DNA of 53,889 nucleotides from Verrucomicrobiota bacterium (GTDB taxonomy: Bacteria; Verrucomicrobiota; Verrucomicrobiia; Limisphaerales; Palsa-1400). The notes beneath the pieces were generated by a model. It saw only the letters and a program-made list of their open reading frames with translations, had not been told where the DNA came from and did not search any database. Shown here piece by piece: positions 1 to 9,162 of the stretch. Position 1 is the first letter of the stretch; each line of letters opens with the position of its first letter. The position numbers and the translations under genes are program-made. The stretch covers positions 1-53,889 of the forward strand of contig JBEKYR010000037.1 in assembly GCA_049510745.1 (NCBI GenBank). Reading direction: 5' to 3'.

Positions 1-227
1 GCCTGTACACATGGCGCCGTTCCACGGGACGCGCGCAAAAAATCCTGAGATTTCGCCTCCTCTCGGCCTAACCAGCCCGCTCATGCCGCTACAAGCACCT
101 AACTTGCCGAACACAACTGATTGAAAATCGAAAATTGGTAATTGAACAAGTTTTGATCGCACCCACACCGCATGTTTGCCGCACGTTCTGCTTGGCATGG
201 GCGGGCCTGTTCGCTTAGGTTAGGGGG

Positions 228-746
228 GTGACAGCAATGCTGCGATTCGTGGGAATTTTAAACGCGGCCGTTTGGTGCGGCTCGGCCATTTTTCTCACCA
301 TCGCTTTGCCGGCGATTTTTTCCCCGGAACTGAAGAAAGCGTTCTCGGCGCCCGGCGTGGGCTTCGTCGCCCAGGCGGTGGTGGCGCGGTTCTTTATCCT
401 GCAATACTGCTGCGGGACAATCGCGCTGGCGCATCTGGCGGCGCAATGGCTGTATGGGGGCCATCCTCCCTTGCGCTGGAATCTGAGGCTGGTCATCGCG
501 CTGTTGTCGCTGGCGCTGGCGGGCGGATTGTGGGCGCAGCCGAAGATGCAGAACCTGCACCGGGAGAAGTATTTTGGGCGCACCGTCGCGCGGCAGGCGG
601 AGGCGGCCCGCTCTTTTGCCCTCTGGCACGGAGTCTCGGAAGCGGTGAATGTTCTGGTCATTGGCGGGTTGGTCGTCTATCTTTGGCGCGTCAGTGCCCC
701 CACGGAGCACGCGCGATTCGGTAATATAGGCAAAATCCGGGGTTGA
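228..746 (+). CDS. DUF4149/TMEM205-like membrane protein
   Basis: 172 aa with four hydrophobic segments; N-terminal 'AAVWCGSAIF' and C-terminal 'FALWHGVSEAVN' resemble DUF4149. Confidence 0.7.
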   Translation: MTAMLRFVGILNAAVWCGSAIFLTIALPAIFSPELKKAFSAPGVGFVAQAVVARFFILQYCCGTIALAHLAAQWLYGGHPPLRWNLRLVIALLSLALAGGLWAQPKMQNLHREKYFGRTVARQAEAARSFALWHGVSEAVNVLVIGGLVVYLWRVSAPTEHARFGNIGKIRG

Positions 747-827
747 CAAAGGGTCGTTTGTGGAAAAAATTGAGATGGAAACTAACAGCGTCACAAACGG
801 GCGCCACAGTGAAAAACAACAGTTATT

Positions 828-1118
828 ATGATTTCAAATGAACGTCCTTCCCCGCATGGGTATCGGTCGTATAGCGCGGGACCGCCGAAACCGCCGGTCA
901 ACGAGGACACCCTAAAAACCGAGAAGATTCAGATCGAACGGAAGACCTTTATCTTCACGCTCAAGGAAAACCCTCGCGGCCGTTTTCTGCGCATCACTGA
1001 GGATGTCAATGGGCGCCGTGACAACGTCATTGTCCCTTCCACCGGCCTGGACGAATTCCTCAAAATTCTGGACGAAATGGTGAAAGCTTCCGCTGCGATT
1101 CCGTCCAAGAATCCGTAG
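828..1118 (+). CDS. PUR-repeat (PurA/DUF3276-like) ssDNA/RNA-binding protein
   Basis: 'LKTEKIQIERKTFIFTLKENPRGRFLRITE...R..VIVP...LDEF' matches the PUR repeat. Confidence 0.8.
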   Translation: MISNERPSPHGYRSYSAGPPKPPVNEDTLKTEKIQIERKTFIFTLKENPRGRFLRITEDVNGRRDNVIVPSTGLDEFLKILDEMVKASAAIPSKNP

Positions 1119-1135
1119 GGGCAATCTCCCTTTGC

Positions 1136-1156
1136 GGGAAAGGGCCGTCTTTTCCC
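1136..1156. terminator. hairpin between the convergent PUR gene and rsfS
   Basis: GGGAAAGG-GCCGT-CTTTTCCC stem-loop. Confidence 0.35.
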
Positions 1157-1166
1157 ACCGGGGTCT

Positions 1167-1553
1167 TTAATCCGCGCCAGGGGCCGTCTTGAGCGGGGTC
1201 CGTCGCGCCCGCGTGGGCCGCAATCGCGGGGCGTCGCCCCAGAGGCTTTCCAGGTCGTACTTCTCCCGCATGTCGGCCCGCATGATATGGACGATGACGT
1301 CAAAGTAATCGAGCACCTGCCAGGCGGCCCGGCCGTCGCCATCGACCGCGCGCGGCCGCAAGTGATGGGCGGCGCGCAGTTGGTCGGTCACTTCGTTGGC
1401 AATGGCCCGCAGGTGCGGTTCGCTCGTGCCGGAGACGATCACAAAATAATCCGTCACGGAAGAAAGATGGCGCACGTCAAGGATGACGGCATGCTCGGCT
1501 TTTTTATTCTCCGCCAGCTTGCGGCACAGAAGCGCCAGTTTCTTGGAATCCAT
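1167..1553 (-). CDS. rsfS: ribosome silencing factor (Iojap)
   Basis: 'KKAE..VILDV..LSSVTDYFVIVSG', 'WQVLDYFDVIVHIM..R..YDLE.LW'; usual position next to nadD. Confidence 0.95.
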   Translation of the reverse strand: MDSKKLALLCRKLAENKKAEHAVILDVRHLSSVTDYFVIVSGTSEPHLRAIANEVTDQLRAAHHLRPRAVDGDGRAAWQVLDYFDVIVHIMRADMREKYDLESLWGDAPRLRPTRARRTPLKTAPGAD

Positions 1554-1579
1554 TACCGGAAGAAGTTAGCGCAACGGCG

Positions 1580-2152
1580 TCAAAGATAAAGCCGATTATT
1601 TCCGACCGCTTCCGCCACGGCGGCGGGCAGCAAGTGGGCGAAGGGCAGCCCCGCCTGAATCCGGCGGCGAACCTCCGAAGAGGACACCGCCAGCGGAAAT
1701 CCGCTCAAAACCTGCCCGCGAAACGGCGCCGGCAATTCCGCCACCACCTCGCCCGGACGGGGGATGACCAGGAATTGCGCCAGACGCGCCAACTCCCCGG
1801 CCTCGCGCCAGAAAGGCAATTGCGCCGGCTGGTCGCCCCCAATGAGATAAAACAGTTCGGCTTCTGGAAATCTTTTGGCGTACGCCCGGACCGTGTCGAT
1901 GCTGTAAGACACCCCGCCACGCCGGATTTCCTGGTCGTCGATCTCAGCGGCGGTGTCGCCGGCCAGCGCCAGGCGCAGCAACCGCAGCCGTTGCTCCGCG
2001 GGCGCGGGTTGGGCCGCCGGTTTGAAAGGCGATTGCGCGGCGGGAATGAAAAACACGCGCGTCAAGCCGGCTTCTTCTCGCGCCGCCTGGGCCGCCAGCA
2101 TATGTCCCAAATGAACCGGGTCAAAGGACCCGCCAAAAAGACCAAGTTTCAT
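1580..2152 (-). CDS. nadD: nicotinate-nucleotide adenylyltransferase
   Basis: 'GLFGGSFDPVHLGH', 'SYSIDTV', 'IGGD', 'VSSSEVR'. Confidence 0.95.
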   Translation of the reverse strand: MKLGLFGGSFDPVHLGHMLAAQAAREEAGLTRVFFIPAAQSPFKPAAQPAPAEQRLRLLRLALAGDTAAEIDDQEIRRGGVSYSIDTVRAYAKRFPEAELFYLIGGDQPAQLPFWREAGELARLAQFLVIPRPGEVVAELPAPFRGQVLSGFPLAVSSSEVRRRIQAGLPFAHLLPAAVAEAVGNNRLYL

Positions 2153-2168
2153 GCAATGAAATTTATTT

Positions 2169-4526
2169 TCAGCAACATCGGTTTATCCCGTCAAAGCGTT
2201 TGCGCGCCACCTGCAAATAAGCCTGGGCGCGGCGCTGCCGCGGGCTGGACCGGTGCGCCGCGCACTCCGCCGCGCATTCGGCGCCGTGGCTCTTTTGCGC
2301 GCGCTCGATGGCCGCTTCACCGGATAATTCTTTAACCAGCATGAGCGCCAGCGTCAACAGACTCAAGCCTCCCAACCGTTTGGACTCGGCCACGGCGTAC
2401 GCGGGCAGCCAGACGGGCGCCGTCTCGTTCAAACGCGGGAGTTTGCGCCGCGCCAGCAGCAGAAGCCACTCCCGCGCGCTCAACGCGACAATAGCCAGGA
2501 TCATCAGCAGGAACCCGCCCGTGACCGCCGCGTCCAGCAGCGCGTTGAAACGCAGCGCGGCGGCGGTAGTCATCGCTTTTTCCGCCGCCGCCAAAGCCGC
2601 GGCGTCCCCGCCTTTTTGGGCCGCGGCCAGCGCGTTTTGCAGGGCGGGAAATTTCTCCGCCTGGGTCCGGGCGGCGGACAAAAACCCGATCTTCGGGTCC
2701 GGGTGATAAATCTTCTCGACACCGGCCGTCATTGTCACCGCCAGCAACCACAACAGCGGCGCCAGCGTGATCCACGCCAGGGCGGGACGGCCGCGCCGGG
2801 CGCCCGCCGCGTCCGCCGGCAAGTGCATTTTCAGGATCACGGTCGTGGCCAGGCAGAGGGCGATGGAGGCGAGCAATTGATTGGCAATGCCGAAGAGCGG
2901 CCAGAGGGAGTTGATGCCGCCCAGAGGGTCGCGCACTCCTTGAATTAAAAAACGGCCCCAGGCCGCCACGACGAGAAAACTGGCCAGCCAGACCGGGCCG
3001 GCCCGCCTGGTCCTGCCCAGCGGCGGCCACACTTGCCCCAGCAAATCCTGCAACAGATAGCGCCCCACCCGCGTGCCCGCGTCCAGCATCGTGAGAATGA
3101 ACAACGCCTCAAACATGATGGCGAAGTGATACCAGAGGTCCATCCCGGCCCAGTTGAAGACACTGGAAAAAACCTTGGCCATGCCCACGGCCAGCGTCGG
3201 CGCGCCCCCCACGCGCCCGAAAAGGCTTTTTTCCCCGATCGACGCCGCCATCCGGTCCATCTGCCCGACGCTGGCGGGGAAGCCCAGCGCGGAAACTTTC
3301 GCCACCGTCTCGGCGGGCGCGCCCTTCATATTCATGCTGAAATAAACGCCCGGCTCCAACGTGCAGGCGGCGATCATCGCCATGATGGCGACGAGCGATT
3401 CCAGGCACATCGCGCCGTAGCCGATGGTGCGGGAGTAGCTTTCGCGGGTCAGTATCTTCGGGGTCGTGCCGCTGGCGATCAGCGAGTGAAATCCCGAAAT
3501 CGCCCCGCAGGCAATGGTGATGAAGCAGAACGGAAATAATTTGCCCGAAAAAACGGGGCCGTCGCCGGTCGCGCCAAACGCGGTCAGGGCCGGCATGTGA
3601 AGCTTGGGCAAGACGACAAAGACGCCCGCCGCCAGAAGGAAAATCGTCCCCAGCTTCGCGAAAGTGCTCAGGTAATCGCGCGGCGCCGATAAAAGCCAGA
3701 TGGGCAGAACGCTGGCGGTAAACCCATAGACCAAAATGCCCCACGCCAGCGGCTCGCTCCTGAAGGTGAATTTTCCGGCCAAGGCCGCGTGCCCATAGAC
3801 AAAGCGCCCGCCCCACACCGCCAGCAGCAGCAAAACCACGCCGATGGCCGAAGCCTCGAAGACCTTTCCCACCCGCCAACCGCGCAGATAGGCGCCCAGG
3901 AAAAGCGCGATGGGAATGGTGGCGCCGACGGTGAAGACGCCCCACGGGCTTTCCGCCAGCGCGTTGACCACCACCAGCGCCAGCACCGCCAGCAAAATGA
4001 CCAGGATGGACAGGATGGCCAGGAGCGCGATCCAGCCCGCCGTCGTATTCAATTCCTCCCGGACCATCTGGCCGAGCGATTTGCCGTCCCGCCGCACCGA
4101 GCAAAACAAAATGACAAAATCCTGCACCGCCCCGCCCAGCACCACCCCGAGCAAAATCCAGAGCGTGCCGGGCAGATAGCCGAACTGCGCCGCCAGCACC
4201 GGCCCGACCAGCGGGCCGGGGCCGGAAATGGCGGCGAAATGGTGCCCGAAGACGATCCATTTGTTGGTCTTGACAAAGTCCCGGCCGTCCTCATGCGCTT
4301 CGCAAGGCGTGGCGCGGCGGTCATCGAGCGCCAGCACCCGCGCGGCGATCCACTTGGAATAAAAGCGAAACCCGATGGCATAGGTACAGAGGGCGGCCAG
4401 CAGGATGCAGAGGGAATTGATCTCCTCGCCGCGCCGCAGCGCCAGGGTCAGGTAGGCCCAGGCGCCCAGCAGCGCGACCGCCAGCCAGGCGATGAGGGCG
4501 AACGCTTTCTTCACCCCGCCCATCAT
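2169..4526 (-). CDS. cstA: carbon starvation protein A (peptide/pyruvate transporter) with fused C-terminal YbdD/YjiX-like segment
   Basis: 'FGHHFAAISGPGPLVGPVLAAQFGYLPG', 'PRDYLSTF', 'IACGAISGFH', 'LWPLFGIANQLLA'; protein ends '...KRFDGINRCC'. Confidence 0.95.
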   Translation of the reverse strand: MMGGVKKAFALIAWLAVALLGAWAYLTLALRRGEEINSLCILLAALCTYAIGFRFYSKWIAARVLALDDRRATPCEAHEDGRDFVKTNKWIVFGHHFAAISGPGPLVGPVLAAQFGYLPGTLWILLGVVLGGAVQDFVILFCSVRRDGKSLGQMVREELNTTAGWIALLAILSILVILLAVLALVVVNALAESPWGVFTVGATIPIALFLGAYLRGWRVGKVFEASAIGVVLLLLAVWGGRFVYGHAALAGKFTFRSEPLAWGILVYGFTASVLPIWLLSAPRDYLSTFAKLGTIFLLAAGVFVVLPKLHMPALTAFGATGDGPVFSGKLFPFCFITIACGAISGFHSLIASGTTPKILTRESYSRTIGYGAMCLESLVAIMAMIAACTLEPGVYFSMNMKGAPAETVAKVSALGFPASVGQMDRMAASIGEKSLFGRVGGAPTLAVGMAKVFSSVFNWAGMDLWYHFAIMFEALFILTMLDAGTRVGRYLLQDLLGQVWPPLGRTRRAGPVWLASFLVVAAWGRFLIQGVRDPLGGINSLWPLFGIANQLLASIALCLATTVILKMHLPADAAGARRGRPALAWITLAPLLWLLAVTMTAGVEKIYHPDPKIGFLSAARTQAEKFPALQNALAAAQKGGDAAALAAAEKAMTTAAALRFNALLDAAVTGGFLLMILAIVALSAREWLLLLARRKLPRLNETAPVWLPAYAVAESKRLGGLSLLTLALMLVKELSGEAAIERAQKSHGAECAAECAAHRSSPRQRRAQAYLQVARKRFDGINRCC

Positions 4527-4596
4527 AAAGTCGGCGTGATTGAATTCAACATTCGTTTTTTCCTGATGTTTTTGCGCCAGTTCTCGGAAAGAATCG

Positions 4597-4635
4597 AGAA
4601 ATTTCTATTGACAAATCAGGGGAAATTTCTATAAC
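4597..4635 (+). promoter_or_regulatory. sigma70-type promoter overlapped by two palindromic boxes
   Basis: TTGACA (4608-4613), 16-nt spacer, TATAAC (4630-4635); GAAATTTCTAT repeated at 4598-4608 and 4622-4632. Confidence 0.6.
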
Positions 4636-4845
4636 CGCTTCCACAATCAAAATTGATCCAAGCCCGTGACGGGTTTCGTCAGTGGCTTTTTTCGACCGCG
4701 CCGGGGTTTGGGGAAAGGTGAAAATGAAGTGGACGGATTTGTGGCGTGACGATGCCGCTCAAATGGATTTGCGACCGGCTACAGAGGGGGTCCTGGAAAT
4801 CCGTCAATCGGAGACTCTACGAACACAGACAAACAAAATGTTGAC

Positions 4846-5307
4846 ATGCTAGGAACCCCTTTAAACTCCCTTATGACGAATGATCAGAGAACAAGAAAGC
4901 CATTTCTGCACGGGTTACGAGGGAAGACCAACAGGAAACTCATCAGCGTCGTTTTTATTTGTTTTGCGATTATGGTCTTATTAGTAAAGGTCGGAAGACT
5001 CGATTGGAGTTTGGAGATTGCCAAACATGTGCCGTCTGCGTGGAAGTATTTTCTAGGAATAGCGATGTTCTTTTTGGTCTGGTACGTTGATTGGAAAGTG
5101 AGTCGCCGTGTCCTTGATCACGCATTACCGCGACTTGGCCTGTTTCCTGTTATCGTACTCGGTTTCATCATGTTCGCGTTTGCCATAGTTAGCGCAGATC
5201 GCCGGAGCCTCTTTTTTACCATCACATTCATATCGATTGCCTATGGATATGTTTCATATCGCTTCTTGCTCTACAGGTTGAAGCGACAGGAAGAAAAGCG
5301 CATCTGA
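4846..5307 (+). CDS. hypothetical 4-TM membrane protein, AT-rich relative to flanks
   Basis: 153-aa ORF with hydrophobic segments; start may be the second Met. Confidence 0.55.
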   Translation: MLGTPLNSLMTNDQRTRKPFLHGLRGKTNRKLISVVFICFAIMVLLVKVGRLDWSLEIAKHVPSAWKYFLGIAMFFLVWYVDWKVSRRVLDHALPRLGLFPVIVLGFIMFAFAIVSADRRSLFFTITFISIAYGYVSYRFLLYRLKRQEEKRI

Positions 5308-5544
5308 TATTGGCAACTCTTTTCGACCTTCCATCGCCGGTCAGATGGCGCGATCCTGTTGCAAGCGCAGGGTTCGCCTGGGCAAAGCTCCGACGCGCAA
5401 GCCGGCACCAACCTGTGAAAGGCCAGAGGGTCAGTCCTAGGAAGTTGGTATTCTTGACGTTCGCAACCCTGCAGGCTGTTGCCGAGTATCGGGATTCGGG
5501 TCAAGCATGCAGGGAGAGTTTTTTGCGGCGCTCCCCCTCTCACG

Positions 5545-5822
5545 GAACGCATCCCGGTTTTTGGCAACCCTATTGGCAATGAGCGTTTATGGCTGGCCGC
5601 AGCCACGCCCGCAAGAATGACGAATGTCCAAGCTCGAATGGCGAAACAATGACGAAGCCCAAATGACGAAATTCAGGCGGGCCGACTTTTCGTCATTGAG
5701 TCATTTGCCCCGAAAGCATTCGGGGTTCGTCATTAAGATTTCGTCATTCGTCATTTTCCCCGGTGGATCGACCCCTTGCCCTTCGGCAACATCGACCAGC
5801 GTCCAAAAAGTGGGAGGCGCCC
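5545..5822. mobile_element. MITE/REP-like repeat, copy 1
   Basis: ends CGCATCCCGGTTTTTGG ... CCAAAAAGTGGGAGGCGCCC; internal AATGACGAA/TTCGTCATT arrays; co-linear with 8888-9153. Confidence 0.75.
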
Positions 5823-5976
5823 GACCAAACCCGCCGGTCACCTTCCGCCTTGCTCTGGCCCCGAAAGGGCTTAAGTTTTCTTCGACGCGCCCGATAACCT
5901 ATTCGAGGGATTCATGCTGCTTGCTGAAATCCCCCCCGGCGGTTTAATCCGCCGGAGCAGGAGTTTTTTCGCGAAA

Positions 5977-6828
5977 ATGACGGCCAAAGAAATAATTGCA
6001 CAGTCGAAGGATTTGCCGATGGTGTCGGAAACCGCGCGCAAGCTGGTCACTCTGCTGACCAATCCCGAGGCGCACCGCGACGAGGTCGTCCAGACGCTGC
6101 GCTGCGACAACGTGCTCACGGCCAAGGTCCTGCGCGTCTGCAATTCGGCCCACACCGGTTTGAAGGAGCCTGTCGGGTCCATCGACCAAGCCGTCCTCCT
6201 ATTGGGCGACAATACCATTTACCGCATGGTCTGCGCCCTCGGCTTTGGCGGGACGATGGGCTTTGGACAGCCGGGTTACTCCGTCGAGGCCAACGGCCTT
6301 TGGGGGCATTCCCTCAGCATCGGCCTGGGCGCCGAATACCTCACCGAAATCGAATCCTACGGCCAGTTCCCACCCTCGATGGCCTTCACCGCCGGCTTGC
6401 TGCACGACATCGGCAAGCTCATCTTGAATCAGGTTCTGACCCCGAAGACGCGCACGGAAATCCGCGACAAAATCGCCGCGGAATCTCTCTCGCGAGTCGC
6501 CGCCGAAAAAGCGGTGCTGGGGGTCGATCATGCCGAAGTGGGCGCCTGCCTGCTGCAAAAGTGGTCCTTCCCGGAAATCATCATCGAAGCGGTGGCCAAC
6601 CATCATGCGCCGGTGGTCCGACCCGCCGTCCAGCTTTCGGCGGTGGTTTACCTCTCCAACTGCGCGGCCCATTTATCCGGCACGGCGCCGGGCTGGGACG
6701 CCTACGCCGTCCGTGCCAATCAAACCGCGGCCGAATTGCTGGAACTCGAGCCGGGGAAAGTCGAGCAGATGATCGCCGGTGTGCAAGGGGCCATGAAGGC
6801 CGCCAATCAATTCCTGCACGTCGCCTGA
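5977..6828 (+). CDS. HDOD domain signal-transduction protein
   Basis: 'DLP', 'D.VLTAKVLRVCNSA', 'SIDQAVLLLG', 'LWGHS', 'AFTAGLLHDIGK', 'GVDHAEVGA.LL.KW.FP'; ATG 5977 follows CAGGAG. Confidence 0.9.
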   Translation: MTAKEIIAQSKDLPMVSETARKLVTLLTNPEAHRDEVVQTLRCDNVLTAKVLRVCNSAHTGLKEPVGSIDQAVLLLGDNTIYRMVCALGFGGTMGFGQPGYSVEANGLWGHSLSIGLGAEYLTEIESYGQFPPSMAFTAGLLHDIGKLILNQVLTPKTRTEIRDKIAAESLSRVAAEKAVLGVDHAEVGACLLQKWSFPEIIIEAVANHHAPVVRPAVQLSAVVYLSNCAAHLSGTAPGWDAYAVRANQTAAELLELEPGKVEQMIAGVQGAMKAANQFLHVA

Positions 6829-6829
6829 C

Positions 6830-7096
6830 TTACTTCATGAGCAACATTTGCCGGGCGCGTTTGATGGAGCGGTTGAGTTGCCGCTGGTAATGGGCCGGCA
6901 GGCCGGTGTATTTGCGCGGCAGGATGCGGCCCTGATCGGTCACAAACTGCTTGAGCAGCGTCACGTTCTTGTAGTCCAACGCGTCGAAGGTGAAGTCAAT
7001 TTTCGGCTTGGGCCGGGGGGTGCGGACTTCCATCGACCCTCCCTTGCCCCGGCCGCCGCGGGCGGCGGGCTTTTCGGGGTGTGTCTTGCGTGGCAT
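6830..7096 (-). CDS. rpsR: 30S ribosomal protein bS18 (Cys-free form)
   Basis: '[26 protein letters not shown]...QRQL..SIKRAR'. Confidence 0.95.
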   Translation of the reverse strand: MPRKTHPEKPAARGGRGKGGSMEVRTPRPKPKIDFTFDALDYKNVTLLKQFVTDQGRILPRKYTGLPAHYQRQLNRSIKRARQMLLMK

Positions 7097-7101
7097 AAAA
7101 A

Positions 7102-7269
7102 TTATTTGATTTCACGATGCACCGTGCGGCGGCGCAGGGCGGGGTTGAATTTCTTGATCTCCAGTTTTTCCGTCTTGGTCTTTTTGTTGCGCGTGGTCGT
7201 ATAGCGGGACGGCGATTTGCCTTCCTTGCGCGCCTCGGTGCATTCGATGGTGATGATTTCGCGGGGCAT
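7102..7269 (-). CDS. rpmG: 50S ribosomal protein bL33 (zinc-free form)
   Basis: [12 protein letters not shown]...RYTTTRNKK...[22 protein letters not shown] (55 aa); true start is ATG 7269. Confidence 0.95.
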   Translation of the reverse strand: MPREIITIECTEARKEGKSPSRYTTTRNKKTKTEKLEIKKFNPALRRRTVHREIK

Positions 7270-7270
7270 G

Positions 7271-7837
7271 TTATTCCTTTTCCTTGGCGGGCTTCTCCTC
7301 GACCTCTTCCTCTTCCTCCAGATCGCCGCCGCCGGTGGTATCGACGGTGCCCAACTGGCCCAGACGGCGCTGGCGCAAGGCGCCATCCCGTTCCAACTGG
7401 CTCTGCGCCTCGACCGTGAACCGGGTCCAGGGGATGGCGTCGAGCCGGGTGAGGGGAATGGGTTTGCCGGTCAATTCGCAAATCCCGTAGGTGTTCTTCT
7501 CGATGCGTTTGAGCGCCTCCTCGATTTCGTAAATGGCATCCTGGTCGGAGGAGAGCAGGCTCAGGGCGAAATCGCGGTCAAAATTGTCCGTGCCGGAGTC
7601 GGCCATGTGGAGGCTGTAATTGGTCATTTCCTCGGCCGATTCCTTGGCCAGGCCGCTCATTTGGTGGAGCAGCCGTTCGCGCAACTCCAGCAGGTGGCGG
7701 TAGTACTTGGCCCAGTGCGCCTTGATCTTGGCCTTGCCGTTGGCAGTGCTCTGCGCGGCCCTCTGGCCCAGGATGGACGCGGCCGTGGCGGGTCCGGCCT
7801 TTTTGGGACGGGACTGCGATGCGGCTTGCTTTTTCAT
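7271..7837 (-). CDS. dksA: DksA/TraR family transcription factor with degenerate zinc finger
   Basis: '[12 protein letters not shown]', '[36 protein letters not shown]'; alternative GTG start at 7858. Confidence 0.8.
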   Translation of the reverse strand: MKKQAASQSRPKKAGPATAASILGQRAAQSTANGKAKIKAHWAKYYRHLLELRERLLHQMSGLAKESAEEMTNYSLHMADSGTDNFDRDFALSLLSSDQDAIYEIEEALKRIEKNTYGICELTGKPIPLTRLDAIPWTRFTVEAQSQLERDGALRQRRLGQLGTVDTTGGGDLEEEEEVEEKPAKEKE

Positions 7838-7947
7838 TGGCTCGTTGCTCTTCGTCACAATAATAATTCAGTCGGGCCAACTCCTGCGAGTGGCCGCCCC
7901 TTGTTTTGCGGGGTGGGGGACAATAGCAAACAAACGGGAATATGCCA

Positions 7948-7970
7948 CAACTTTTTTCAAAAAAAAGTTG
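7948..7970. repeat. perfect AT-rich inverted repeat between folE2 and dksA (terminator or operator)
   Basis: CAACTTTTTT-CAA-AAAAAAGTTG. Confidence 0.5.
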
Positions 7971-7992
7971 CCCGCCTGACACCCCTCTCCCC

Positions 7993-8802
7993 TTACCCTT
8001 TCTCAATCGAGGCGTAGGCGTTGTGGCTGTGGATGCTTTCAAAATTCTCCGCCTCGACCTTGTACCAGGCCACGTCCGGGTGGGCGTTCAACCGTTCGGC
8101 CACGTTGCGCACCAGGTCTTCGACAAAGACCGGGTTTTCATAAGCGCGCTCGGTCACGGCCTTCTCATCCCGGCGCTTGAGCAAGGAATAGAGTTCCGAG
8201 CTGGCTGAACTTTCCGCCAGCGCGATCAAGTCCTCGATCCAAATCGCCTTGCGCGACCGCACCTGCACCGTGACCAGGCTGCGCTGGTTGTGCGCCCCGA
8301 ACCGGCTGATCGCTTTGGAGCAGGGGCACAGGGTCGTGACCGCCACCTTGACCGTCAGCACAAAATCGATCTCCTTGCCCGTGGCCGTCGCGTCAAAACG
8401 CGCCACGTAATCCATCACGCTTTCCATGCCGGAGACCGGCGCCCTTTTCACGAGGAAAAACGGAAACTCGATCTCCAGATGCGCCGCGTGCGATTTGAGC
8501 TTGGCCTGCATGGCGTAGAGGATGTCCGTGATGTTTTCCACGTGGACGACGTTCCCGTGGGAATTGAGCACCTCAATGAACCGGCTCATGTGCGTGCCTT
8601 TGAATTCATGCGGCAAATCGACATACATCCCGATGGTGGCGACGGTGTTTTGCAGGGTCCGCTCCTTGTCGCGCACCTGGATGGGGAAACGCAGGCCGCG
8701 CACCCCCACCTTGTCGATCCGCAACTTGCGGTGATCCGGCTCGCTCTGCTTGTCGTGCATCACGTCCGGCGTCGGGGCGCTATTTGAGAGACAACTTTTC
8801 AT
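7993..8802 (-). CDS. folE2: GTP cyclohydrolase IB
   Basis: 'IDKVGV', 'KGTHMSRF', 'TTLCPCSK.IS..GAHNQRS', 'NPVFVEDLVR', 'ESIHSHNA'. Confidence 0.95.
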   Translation of the reverse strand: MKSCLSNSAPTPDVMHDKQSEPDHRKLRIDKVGVRGLRFPIQVRDKERTLQNTVATIGMYVDLPHEFKGTHMSRFIEVLNSHGNVVHVENITDILYAMQAKLKSHAAHLEIEFPFFLVKRAPVSGMESVMDYVARFDATATGKEIDFVLTVKVAVTTLCPCSKAISRFGAHNQRSLVTVQVRSRKAIWIEDLIALAESSASSELYSLLKRRDEKAVTERAYENPVFVEDLVRNVAERLNAHPDVAWYKVEAENFESIHSHNAYASIEKG

Positions 8803-8887
8803 GGCAACACATTATTCACTCTGGGCCGCAAAGATACCAGCCCCCCGCCCATTTGCCAACTCCCCGCTGGGCGCGGCCACTGACCTC

Positions 8888-9153
8888 GGGCGCATCCCGG
8901 TGTTGGCTTCCCGACTGTCAACGGGAGATCATGGCTCGCCGCAGCCAAGCCCGCAAGAATGACGAATGTCTAAGCTCTAATGACGAAACAATGACGAAGC
9001 CCAAATGACGAAATCCATACGGGCCGACTTTTCGTCATTGAGTCATTTGAGCATTATTTCGTCATTCGAGCTTCGTCATTAGTCATTTTCCCCGGTGGAT
9101 CGACCCTTGCCCTCCAATAACGTCGATTAGTGTCCCAAAAGTGAGATGCGCTT
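8888..9153. mobile_element. MITE/REP-like repeat, copy 2
   Basis: GGGCGCATCCCGGTGTTGG ... CCCAAAAGTGAGATGCGC; 4x AATGACGAA followed by 3x TTCGTCATT. Confidence 0.75.
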
Positions 9154-9162
9154 CACCGCCTC

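Noticed and set aside
1..170. Possible IS end (…AAGTTTTGATCGCACCC) at the window start
   Set aside because: Only weak resemblance to the repeat termini; no partner end or transposase is visible
5600..5760. AATGACGAA repeats as a CRISPR array
   Set aside because: Units are 9 bp, irregularly spaced and inverted in the second half; no spacers or cas genes
5310..5947. ORFs 5310-5582, 5624-5947 (and 8784-9008)
   Set aside because: They run through the repeat element and show no protein motifs
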